46,698 nt of DNA from Frankiaceae bacterium (GTDB lineage: Bacteria > Actinomycetota > Actinomycetes > JADGOV01), in NCBI GenBank assembly GCA_040002735.1, contig JBDUDX010000093.1:1-46698 (forward strand), written 5' to 3'. The notes under the pieces were generated by a model that saw nothing but the letters and a program-made list of their open reading frames with translations, made no database searches and was not told the origin of the DNA. The translations under genes were made by a program, and so were the position numbers. Shown piece by piece: positions 18,026 to 25,851 of this stretch. Numbering within the stretch: the first letter of the stretch is position 1; the number at the start of each line of letters is the position of its first letter.

Positions 18026-19038
18026 CGGGCGGCCGCACGCAACACCAGCAGATCGGCAGCCAGGGCTTCCAGGTCGAGGGAGTTGACCCGGCGTACGGTC
18101 TCGCAGGCAGGCCGCGGCATTGCGGCGACGCCGGTGTGGGCGCCGGCCATCGCCGCGGCCATCGCACCGATCGTGTCGCTGTCGCCGCCGAGGCCGGCGG
18201 CCAGGAGTCCGACCCGCCAGGGGTCCTGCGGTACGAGGGCTGCCAGGGCGAAGGCCGCCGGTACCGACTCCTCGGTCGCGACGCCGAGGCCACGGTCGGA
18301 GATGGCGTCGAGAGTTCGCGGCAGGTCGACCAGCCGTCGTAGGAGGACCTCCCCGGTGGGCGGGAAGCCGCGGTCGGCGACGCCCCGGGCGGCGGTGATG
18401 GCCAGGGAGTAGGACTGCCGCCACGACGCGCCGGCGACTCCGCTACTCACCGCGGCGGCCACCGCCACCGCGCCGGCATGGGCCAGGCCGGTGGCATGGG
18501 TGGGCGTGTCGACCGTCACCACCGTGTCCGCCAGCCGCTGCAGCGGCTCCGGCGGCTCGGCGATGCCGACCGGCGCGATGCGCATCGCGGCGCCGTTCGT
18601 GGTGCCCTCCCGGCCGGTCTCGGTCAGCGGCACGCCGGCCCGAGCGGCGGCCAGCGCACGCTGGGTCGACGGCCCGAGGAGGAAGTTTCGGCCCTCGGCG
18701 AGCTTCTGCTGCTGCCAGTCGAGCAGTTCGCTGACCAGCCGCCCGGGGTTGACGCCGCCGGCTCCCTCGATGAGCAGTCGGGCCACGATGACGGCCTGCT
18801 CGGTGTCGTCGGTGACGAGGCCGGCGGGGAGCCCGACGCGGTTCCCGTCTCCCGGCAGAAAGCCGGTCACCTCCCCGTACCGGCGGCGTACCTCCACCCG
18901 GGACAGCGTTTCGGTCGGCATCCCGAGGGCGTCACCGATCGCCAACCCGTACAACGCGCCGAGCGCCCGCCCCTGCACAGCGGATGCTCGGGCGGGCGGC
19001 ACCGGTTCATTCTCCGCCCACGTCTCACGCAGCCCCAC
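18022..19038 (-). CDS. ADP-ribosylglycohydrolase-family protein
   Basis: From GTG 19038: ALGALYGLAIGDALGMPTE, VTDDTEQAVIVARLL, TTNGAAMRIAPVG, GGDSDTIGAMAAAMAGA. The track ORF upstream of 19038 is antisense to the TauE gene. The start choice is moderately uncertain. Confidence 0.8.
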   Translation of the reverse strand: MGLRETWAENEPVPPARASAVQGRALGALYGLAIGDALGMPTETLSRVEVRRRYGEVTGFLPGDGNRVGLPAGLVTDDTEQAVIVARLLIEGAGGVNPGRLVSELLDWQQQKLAEGRNFLLGPSTQRALAAARAGVPLTETGREGTTNGAAMRIAPVGIAEPPEPLQRLADTVVTVDTPTHATGLAHAGAVAVAAAVSSGVAGASWRQSYSLAITAARGVADRGFPPTGEVLLRRLVDLPRTLDAISDRGLGVATEESVPAAFALAALVPQDPWRVGLLAAGLGGDSDTIGAMAAAMAGAHTGVAAMPRPACETVRRVNSLDLEALAADLLVLRAAAR

Positions 19039-19130
19039 GCTTGGTGATCCATGGCGAATTCCGTACGGATATCCGAACACTTCGCGCCATGGATCACCCG
19101 GGATGGAGGGACAGCCGGCGGCACCCGAAC

Positions 19131-19883
19131 TCAGTGGCGGATCAGCAGGATGGCCGCGACGATCACGCCGCCGATCACCACGACGTACCGCAGGACCGGA
19201 CCGGGGATGCGCCGGCCGAGGGACGCGCCGGTGAATCCGCCGGCGATGGCGCCGACCGCGAGGAGTCCGGCCACCGCCCAGTCCACGTCGGAGACCGCGA
19301 TGAAGATCACCGCCGCAACCCCGTTCACCAGCGCGGCGAGGACGTTCTTCGCCGCGTTGAGCCGCTGCAGCTGATCGTGGATACCGAGGCTGAGGAACGC
19401 GATCAGCAACACACCCTGCGCGGCGCCGAAGTACCCGCCGTAGATACCGGTGAGGAAGACCAGCAGCGGCAGGACACCGCGCCCCGCGAGCACCGGCCGG
19501 TCGCTCCGGCCACCACGCCGGGCCAGCCGAGGCTGGGCGGCCATCAGCGCGCAGGCCAGCAGGATGAGGAACGGGACCAGCACCTCGAAGGTTCCCGGAG
19601 CGGCGAGGAGCAACAGGGCGCCGGTGATGCCGCCGAGCAGCGACATGCTGCCCAGCATGAGGAGGCGACGCAGCTGCCCGGCGAGTTCCCGGCGGTACCC
19701 GATGGCTCCGCTGACCGAGCCGGGTACGAGTCCAACGGTGTTGGACACGTTCGCGATCAACGGCGGATACCCCAACGCCAACAGCGTCGGGAAGGTGACC
19801 AGCGAGCCGGAACCGACGATGGTATTGACCATGCCGGCCACCGCCCCAGCGCCGAGGATGACGAGTGCCCCCAGCGGCGTCAC
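19131..19883 (-). CDS. TauE/SafE-family (sulfite exporter-like) membrane protein
   Basis: ORF 19131..19883. GAVAGMVNTIVGSGSLVTFPTLLALG and the internal duplicate GIYGGYFGAAQGVLLIAFL are characteristic of the family. Confidence 0.85.
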   Translation of the reverse strand: MTPLGALVILGAGAVAGMVNTIVGSGSLVTFPTLLALGYPPLIANVSNTVGLVPGSVSGAIGYRRELAGQLRRLLMLGSMSLLGGITGALLLLAAPGTFEVLVPFLILLACALMAAQPRLARRGGRSDRPVLAGRGVLPLLVFLTGIYGGYFGAAQGVLLIAFLSLGIHDQLQRLNAAKNVLAALVNGVAAVIFIAVSDVDWAVAGLLAVGAIAGGFTGASLGRRIPGPVLRYVVVIGGVIVAAILLIRH

Positions 19884-19934
19884 GCCCGCCCCCTACCCTG
19901 ATGCCGGCGACGCCGGCAACGGGCGGCGCTGAAG

Positions 19935-20837
19935 ATGTCGGCGACATGCTGCCACGGCGAGGAGGGCGCGCAATTGTCACACCCTGCCATCTCCCGCCCG
20001 GCCGTGGCGGCGGCCGCAGCCGTCGGTTCGGCTGAGCCTGGGCCGTTACCGGCACTGCCGGCACTGGCATTCGCCTCCTCGCTGACCACGACGGCGAGGG
20101 CGGCGGCCGATACGCTGCGGGCGCTGTATCGCTCGGTACCCCTCTCCGAGGCCGACGTCGTGGTGGTCGTCGGAGGCGACGGCACGCTGATCGATGCGTT
20201 GCATGCGGTGCTGGCGCTTCCCCCGGACCGTCCGGCGCCCGCGGTGTACGGGATGAACTGCGGCACCGTCGGTTTCCTGCTCAACGATCTGGACACCAGC
20301 GAGGACCTCCTCAGCTCGATCGCTGCCATGGAGGTCACCAGCATTCGACCGTTGCGCATGCGGGCGTACGACGCCGACGGCGCCACGTTGCCGCCCGCAC
20401 TGGCCTGCAACGAAGTGGTCCTGCGGCGCCTCGGCGAGCAGGCCGTCCGGATCCGGGTCAGCGTGGACGGTACCCAGCGCCTGGAGGAGTTGCGCGGTGA
20501 CGGCGTGATGGTGGCCACGGAAGTGGGTTCCACCGCGTACAACTACTCCGCCCACGGCCCGATCCTGCCGATCGGGGCGGGGTTGCTGGCGCTCACTCCG
20601 ATCTGCGCGATGCGGCCGCGCCGCTGGCCCGGCGCCCTGCTGCCGCATGCCGCCATCGTCCGATTCGACGTACTGGAATCGGAGAAGCGCCCGGTGACCG
20701 CCAGCGCCGACCAGCGCGGCATGACCACGGTCAGCGCGGTGGAGGTGTCGGAGGCGGCGGACCGTACTTTGCGGCTTCTGTTCGACCCCCGTCGACCCCT
20801 CGGGGAACGCGTCACGCAGGAGCAGTTTCACCGCTGA
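19935..20837 (+). CDS. nadK: NAD(+) kinase
   Basis: DVVVVVGGDGTLIDALH (GGDG), YGMNCGTVGFL, ACNEVVL, GDGVMVATEVGSTAYNYSAHGPIL. The N-terminal 25-45 residues are not conserved-looking. GTG 20004 is an alternative start. Confidence 0.75.
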   Translation: MSATCCHGEEGAQLSHPAISRPAVAAAAAVGSAEPGPLPALPALAFASSLTTTARAAADTLRALYRSVPLSEADVVVVVGGDGTLIDALHAVLALPPDRPAPAVYGMNCGTVGFLLNDLDTSEDLLSSIAAMEVTSIRPLRMRAYDADGATLPPALACNEVVLRRLGEQAVRIRVSVDGTQRLEELRGDGVMVATEVGSTAYNYSAHGPILPIGAGLLALTPICAMRPRRWPGALLPHAAIVRFDVLESEKRPVTASADQRGMTTVSAVEVSEAADRTLRLLFDPRRPLGERVTQEQFHR

Positions 20838-20909
20838 CCGAGTTTTCCGTCACATTACGGAATGTCACGACCCTCCGGACTGTCGGCCTGAAGTAGGAGG
20901 TACACCGAC

Positions 20910-21632
20910 ATGCGACCTGACGGCAGCCAGGCCCGGTGGGAGACGGACACCGTTCCGCTGACCCCACCGCTCGCCAACACCCTCGAGCTACCGGTAGTTC
21001 CGGCGACTCCGCAGACCGTGCCGCCGGCTACAGCCTCTCCGGCGGCTCCGGCCCGGCCCAGCCGCCCCAAAGACCTCCCCCGACGCAGCCGCCGGGGCCG
21101 CTGGGTGTTCGGCCTGGCGCTGCTGGTGCTCGCCGCCGGCACGGCCGTCGCGATCGCCCTGGCGGGTGGGGGGCGGCCCACGGGGCGACACGCGGTGTCC
21201 CAGGCAGGTTCGCCGCTGACCATCCGCACCGTATCCAGCGTGGATCCGGCCGGGGGTAGTGGCTGGCGCCGGTCCGGTTCGGACGTGGCTTCGGCGGTAT
21301 GGCGTACTCAGCACTACCGCAGCCCGGAGTTCGGCGGCCTCAAGTCCGGCCTCGGCCTGCTGATCGACCTCGGCTCCGCCCGGCGGTTGACCGCCGTCCG
21401 CACGACGGCCGGAGTACCCGGTACGACCGTCGAACTGCTCGCCGGGGACTCCGCCGGCCCCGCCCCCGGGAGCTTCCGCTCAGTCGACCGGGTCGGCAAT
21501 GCCACCGGCGCAACGACGCTGCGAGCGGTCGGCGGCGGTTCGCACCGGTACTGGCTGGTGTGGGTGCCCCGGCTCGGCCAGGACGGTGGCGGCTACTCGG
21601 CGGAGTTGCGCGGGTTGACCGTCCGCGGCTGA
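20910..21632 (+). CDS. Hypothetical single-pass membrane protein with an extracytoplasmic beta-rich domain
   Basis: ATG 20910 follows TAGGAGG. It has a Pro-rich N-terminus, one TM segment (WVFGLALLVLAAGTAVAIALAG), then WRTQHYRSPEFGGLKSGLGLLIDLG...HRYWLVWV. I recognise no family. Confidence 0.55.
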   Translation: MRPDGSQARWETDTVPLTPPLANTLELPVVPATPQTVPPATASPAAPARPSRPKDLPRRSRRGRWVFGLALLVLAAGTAVAIALAGGGRPTGRHAVSQAGSPLTIRTVSSVDPAGGSGWRRSGSDVASAVWRTQHYRSPEFGGLKSGLGLLIDLGSARRLTAVRTTAGVPGTTVELLAGDSAGPAPGSFRSVDRVGNATGATTLRAVGGGSHRYWLVWVPRLGQDGGGYSAELRGLTVRG

Positions 21633-22237
21633 TCCGCCGCTTCGGCGCGAGCCCAGGCGCCATGTTCGCGTAGCGCCCAGGAGGCCGGCACATCGCCGGT
21701 CCGCATACCGTCACGGGCTATCGGGTCGCGGGCGGCGAACCAGAGGTGGCCGATCACCATCGCGGCCACCGCGTACGCCAACCAGTCGTGCACCAGCGTC
21801 GCCCCGGTCCGCAGTGACAGCGGGCCGCCCGCCCCGTACCGCATGATCAGGCCGGTACCGAGCATCACCAGCATGGCGCCGGCGATGAAGCTGGCGTTGA
21901 GCTTCTGGCCGGCATTGAACTTGCCGACCGCGATCCGACCGCTCCGCCGTTGCCGATCGCGCAGCCACGCCCAGTCCGAGGGCAGGAAGCGGTTGAGTCG
22001 CCGCAGGTCCGCGCGGAAGGCAGCGGATCCCAGTCCGAGCAGCGCCGGCACCGGTAGCGCCAGCCCGGCGTAGACGTGGATCGTCCGGATCAGCGGCCGA
22101 CGGCCGACCAAGATGGACAGCGGTCCGATGTAGAGCACCGCCGCGGTGAGCAGGCAGAGGCCCATCAGGATCCCGGTCGCTCGGTGCACCCACCGCTCGC
22201 CGCGGCTGAAGCGGGAAAGCACGCCGTCGACACTCAT
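21593..22237 (-). CDS. Cytochrome b-type membrane subunit (Ni/Fe-hydrogenase/FdnI-like cytochrome b family)
   Basis: From ATG 22237 (ATGA overlap with the upstream gene): ERWVHRATGILMGLCLLTAAVLY, GKFNAGQKLNASFIAGAMLVMLGTGLIM, LVHDWLAYAVAAMVIGHLWFA. Confidence 0.75.
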   Translation of the reverse strand: MSVDGVLSRFSRGERWVHRATGILMGLCLLTAAVLYIGPLSILVGRRPLIRTIHVYAGLALPVPALLGLGSAAFRADLRRLNRFLPSDWAWLRDRQRRSGRIAVGKFNAGQKLNASFIAGAMLVMLGTGLIMRYGAGGPLSLRTGATLVHDWLAYAVAAMVIGHLWFAARDPIARDGMRTGDVPASWALREHGAWARAEAADQPRTVNPRNSAE

Positions 22238-22944
22238 GCTGTCGGGGCGTCGCGTTGGCCGTTGGACCGGCCGACCCAGGCGTCCACGTCGTAACCGCGG
22301 TGCTCCCAGTACCCGGGGCGCACCGCGTCGGTGACCTCGATGCCGCCGAGCCACTTCAGCGACTTGTACCCGTACATCGGGGCGACGTAGAGCCGGACCG
22401 GACCCCCGTGTTCCCGGGTGACCGGCTTGCCGAGCATCCGGGTGGCGACCAGCACGTCCCGACGACGGGCCTGCTCCAGGGTGAGGCTCTCGGTGTACGT
22501 GCCGTCGAAAGAGGTGAACTGGACGGCTCGGGCACCCGGCCGGACGCCGACCTGCTCCAGCAGGTCAGCGAGCGCGACGCCGGACCACGCCACGTTGCGC
22601 ACCCGCCAGCCGGTCACGCACTGGAAGTCCCGGGTCAGCGCGGTCTGCGGCAGCCGGTGGAGATCGCTGAGGGTGAAGGTCTCCGGCCGCTCCACCAGCC
22701 CGCCGACCCGTAGTCGGTACGTCACGGCCGTACGGGTGGGGATCCTCGAAGTGACCGAGTAGTACCGAAACCCGCCGCCATCCGGCAGCAACTGGGTCAA
22801 TCCGGTCGGGTCGCGCACCTGGAGCGGGGCAAGCAGCCGTTGCTCGAGGTCGGCGAGGTCGCGGCCGGTGACGACGCCGACCACTCCGAGGCCGAGCATG
22901 CCGAGCACGATGCGCCGGCCGATCGGCTTGCCCAGCTCCTCCAC
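22234..22944 (-). CDS. Molybdopterin-dependent oxidoreductase (sulfite-oxidase/YedY-MsrP fold), Tat-like signal
   Basis: GRRIVLGMLGLGVVG (twin-Arg), FQCVTGWRVRNVAWSGVALADLL, TSFDGTYTESL, GPVRLYVAPMYGYKSLKWL, GYWEHRGYD. Confidence 0.8.
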   Translation of the reverse strand: MEELGKPIGRRIVLGMLGLGVVGVVTGRDLADLEQRLLAPLQVRDPTGLTQLLPDGGGFRYYSVTSRIPTRTAVTYRLRVGGLVERPETFTLSDLHRLPQTALTRDFQCVTGWRVRNVAWSGVALADLLEQVGVRPGARAVQFTSFDGTYTESLTLEQARRRDVLVATRMLGKPVTREHGGPVRLYVAPMYGYKSLKWLGGIEVTDAVRPGYWEHRGYDVDAWVGRSNGQRDAPTA

Positions 22945-23021
22945 CGCTCCATGGTGCGCCCGATCCGACCGATCGGCTGGTCCACCGCACGCTCATCGCG
23001 ACAGCAGTTAGCGTTGTCCGG

Positions 23022-23357
23022 GTGACTCCAGATGAGGCGCTGGCCACGGCGGCGGCCAGTGTGCGCCGCGACCTCGAGCGGACCGGGCGCTGCCGGCGGC
23101 GTGCCCTGCGCGCGCTCGAGGCGTCGCTGGCCCACCGGCAGTGGTGGGTGGGCGCATGGCCGGAGGGCGCCGATCACCTGCCGGGGCTGGTCGCCCAGGA
23201 CGTGCAGGAAGCGGTGCAGGCTGAGTTGGATGCGTACTGGCCACCGTGCCCGGAACATCGGGACCATGCTCTGTTCGTCGAGCCGGACCTCGGCCCGGAC
23301 GCGTTCTGGGTGTGCCACCGCACCGGCCTGCCGGTGGCTAGCATCGGCGGACTGTAG
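23022..23357 (+). CDS. Hypothetical protein (111 aa)
   Basis: ORF 23022..23357 (GTG) with G/C-rich third positions. It contains a WPPCPEHRDHAL...FWVCH motif that could bind metal. I recognise no family. Confidence 0.5.
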   Translation: MTPDEALATAAASVRRDLERTGRCRRRALRALEASLAHRQWWVGAWPEGADHLPGLVAQDVQEAVQAELDAYWPPCPEHRDHALFVEPDLGPDAFWVCHRTGLPVASIGGL

Positions 23358-23389
23358 CCGTACCGCCTCCGCATCGGCAAGGAGCCTGC

Positions 23390-24535
23390 ATGCCTCAGCT
23401 GCGCCTCGGGATACTCGCCACGTCCGGGAAGCCGGCTGAGCGCCGACTGCCGCTGCACCCCCGGCATTTCGGCCGGGTACCGCCGCAGGTACGGCCGGCG
23501 CTGCACCTGGAGACCGGGTACGGGGAGCGCTTCGGGGTACCCGACTCCGATCTCGCTCCGCTGGTCGCGGGCCTGGGGAGTCGTAAGCAGCTGATCGCGC
23601 AGTGCGACGTGATCCTGCTGCCCAAGCCGGTGCACGCCGATGTCGCCGAGTTGCGGCCAGGATCGGTGCTCTGGGGCTGGCCGCACTGCGTCCAGGACGC
23701 GACGATCACTCAGCTCGCCATCGACCAGAAGCTGACCATGATCGCTTGGGAGGCGATGAACTACTGGACGGCGGAGGACACCTTCGATCTGCACGTGTTC
23801 CACAAGAACAACGAGCTGGCCGGGTACTCCTCGGTGCTGCATGCCTTCGCCTTGCGCGGAATCACCGGCGCGTACGGGCGACGGCTACGAGCCGTGGTGA
23901 TCAGTTTCGGCGCCACCGGTCGGGGCGCGGTGATCGCCCTGGAAGCCATGGGCGTCTCCGACGTCACCGTGATCACCTTGCGGGACGTGCACGCCGTTGC
24001 AGCACCCTTTCCGTCGGCGACGATGGGCCAATTCGAGCGTGTGGACGAGGCGTGGCGTAACCAGGTACTCACCGGTCGCGGACCGGTACCGCTCGCCGAG
24101 TTCCTCGCCGGCTTCGACGTCGTGGTGAACTGCGTACGCCAGGACACCGACGCACCGCTGATGTTCGTCACCGCCGAGGAAGTGACCACTTTCCGGTCGG
24201 GCACGCTGCTGATCGACGTCTCCTGCGACGAGGGCATGGGCTTCTCCTTCGCCCGGGCCACGTCGTTCGCCGAGCCGGTGTTCTCCGTCGGCGACGGGGT
24301 GACGTACTACGGGGTCGACCACAGCCCGTCGTACCTCTGGAACTCCGCGACGTGGGAGATCAGCGAGGCTCTCATTCCCTTTCTGGAACCGCTGGTCGCC
24401 GGGCCGCAGGGCTGGGAGCGGAACGCGACGTTGCGGCACGCGGTGGAGATCCGCGACGGCGTGGTGCAGAACCCGAGCATCCTGTCCTTCCAGGGCCGGG
24501 CCGCGGAGTATCCGCACGAGCGCCGGGCGGGGTGA
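23390..24535 (+). CDS. AlaDH/PNT-fold NAD(P)-dependent dehydrogenase, N5-(carboxyethyl)ornithine-synthase-like
   Basis: ORF 23390..24535. Rossmann motif VVISFGATGRGAVIALEAMG within an alanine-dehydrogenase/saccharopine-dehydrogenase-like layout. The specific substrate call is tentative. Confidence 0.6.
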   Translation: MPQLRLGILATSGKPAERRLPLHPRHFGRVPPQVRPALHLETGYGERFGVPDSDLAPLVAGLGSRKQLIAQCDVILLPKPVHADVAELRPGSVLWGWPHCVQDATITQLAIDQKLTMIAWEAMNYWTAEDTFDLHVFHKNNELAGYSSVLHAFALRGITGAYGRRLRAVVISFGATGRGAVIALEAMGVSDVTVITLRDVHAVAAPFPSATMGQFERVDEAWRNQVLTGRGPVPLAEFLAGFDVVVNCVRQDTDAPLMFVTAEEVTTFRSGTLLIDVSCDEGMGFSFARATSFAEPVFSVGDGVTYYGVDHSPSYLWNSATWEISEALIPFLEPLVAGPQGWERNATLRHAVEIRDGVVQNPSILSFQGRAAEYPHERRAG

Positions 24536-24596
24536 CGGCCGCACTCCGCGGCTGGGTCGATCTGGTGGCGGAGCACCTGGCGCGGCGGGCCTCGCG

Positions 24597-24640
24597 CTGT
24601 GGAGGATTGCGCGAGCCCCAGGTCTGGCCATCCTCCACAG
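24597..24640. repeat. 11-bp perfect inverted repeat (ctgtggaggat ... atcctccacag) with a 22-nt spacer
   Basis: Read directly, 62 nt after the stop of the 23390..24535 gene. No U-tract follows, so it is either a terminator-like hairpin or a protein site. Confidence 0.6.
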
Positions 24641-24675
24641 CTCCCCGGGTCCGGCCGCCGGCTCCCGGTCCCGTC

Positions 24676-24741
24676 TATTCAACCTAAGGGTTGACAACGC
24701 CGCGGAGGTGTCCCACAGTCGTATTCAACCGACGGGTTGAA
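24676..24741 (+). promoter_or_regulatory. Two palindromic ArsR-type operator candidates (TATTCAACC-N4-GGTTGA) overlapping a TTGACA -35-like hexamer
   Basis: 24679..24694 is tcaacc-taag-ggttga, and its right half runs into TTGACA (24691..24696). 24724..24741 is ttcaacc-gacg-ggttgaa, 17 nt upstream of the ArsR GTG. Both are preceded by gtc(g)tat. Confidence 0.55.
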
Positions 24742-24757
24742 CGAAAGGAGGTAACGC

Positions 24758-25129
24758 GTGCCGGCCGACCCACTGTCCCGGGTGTTCTCGGCGCTGGCCG
24801 ATCCCACCCGCCGGGACATGGTGGCGCGGCTCGCCGTCGGGGATGCCACCGTGAACGAGCTTGCCGAGCCGTACGAGGTCACCGTCCAGGCCGTCTCCAA
24901 GCACCTCAAGGTGCTTGAGCAGGCGGGTCTGGTCAGTCGCCGAAGCGAGGCACAACGCCGTCCGGTGCATCTGGAAGCCGAAGTCTTCACCTTGATGACG
25001 AAATGGATCGAGCGCTACCGCCGCCAAGCCGAGGAACGTTACCGACGCCTCGACGAGGTACTTCGGACGATGCCAGACGACGTCCCCCAACCCCCACCCC
25101 CGCCCGCACGGACAGGAGCTTCGACATGA
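24758..25129 (+). CDS. ArsR/SmtB-family transcriptional regulator
   Basis: LSRVFSALADPTRRDMVARLAVGDATVNELAEPYEVTVQAVSKHLKVLEQAGLV. GTG 24758 follows AAGGAGG. Confidence 0.85.
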   Translation: MPADPLSRVFSALADPTRRDMVARLAVGDATVNELAEPYEVTVQAVSKHLKVLEQAGLVSRRSEAQRRPVHLEAEVFTLMTKWIERYRRQAEERYRRLDEVLRTMPDDVPQPPPPPARTGAST

Positions 25130-25358
25130 CTCTCACCGGCCCTCGGAGGTCATCGTGCAGACCTTCACCTTCGAAGGCTTTCCGGACAGCGTCGCCCTGG
25201 AGCGCCTGGTCCTCACCGACCTCGGGAACGGCCGCACCCGGCTGTCGGCGACCTCGCTCGTAGATTCCTTCCAGGGCCGGGCCGCCTTTCTCGCCAGCGG
25301 CAGGGAAAGCGGCGTACGGGAAGGCTACGAGCGGCTGGACGAACTGCTCGCCCGCTGA
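25126..25358 (+). pseudogene. SRPBCC/AHSA1-like gene remnant (start codon plus C-terminal ~70 codons, out of frame; the middle is deleted)
   Basis: ATG 25126 overlaps the ArsR stop (ATGA) and follows AGGAG, but reads MTLTGPRRSSCRPSPS... to a stop at 25263. In another frame, 25155..25358 reads (SEVI)VQTFTFEGFP...TRLSATSLVDSFQGRAAFLASGRESGVREGYERLDELLAR, a typical AHSA1 C-terminus. Confidence 0.55.
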
Positions 25359-25389
25359 ATGTCCGGTTGCGTCGAAACGCGGAGGAACG

Positions 25390-25732
25390 ATGGACGAGGC
25401 GGTACGGAAGTATCTCGACGCGATCCCTGCGGAACGCCGGCCGCTCTTCGACCGCATTCACCGGTTGGCGCTGGAGGCGCATCCCGACGCCTCGGTGGTG
25501 CTCTCCTACCAGATGCCGACGTACCAGGTTGGCCGCTATCGCCTGCACGTCGGCGTCTGGAAACACGGGCTGTCGTTCTACGGCTGGAAACGGGGACGGG
25601 ACGCCGGCTTCGCCGCCCGCCATCCCGACCTGGTCCACCGCCAAGGGGACCATCAAGGTGCGGCCGGAGGATGCGGAGCGGATCCCGGATGAGGAGTTCC
25701 GCGATCTGCTGCGTGCCGCCCTGGAGGAGTGA
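25390..25732 (+). pseudogene. DUF1801 (YdhG-like) domain protein, disrupted by a frameshift near 25633
   Basis: Track ORF 25390..25692 reads MDEAVRKYLDAIPAERRPLFDRIHRLALEAHPDASVVLSYQMPTYQVG...GFAARHPDLV, then nonsense. The tail of track ORF 25367..25732 supplies the expected ending STAKGTIKVRPEDAERIPDEEFRDLLRAALEE. Confidence 0.65.
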
Positions 25733-25851
25733 ACGCGCCTGCGGACTGACTCCACTCGCCGGGGGAATGGCGCCCTCACGGGTTGGGGTTACCGCCCTTT
25801 GTGACGACTGCGGACACCGACCGGGTTGCCGCAGCGTCCGCGCCGGCCGGC

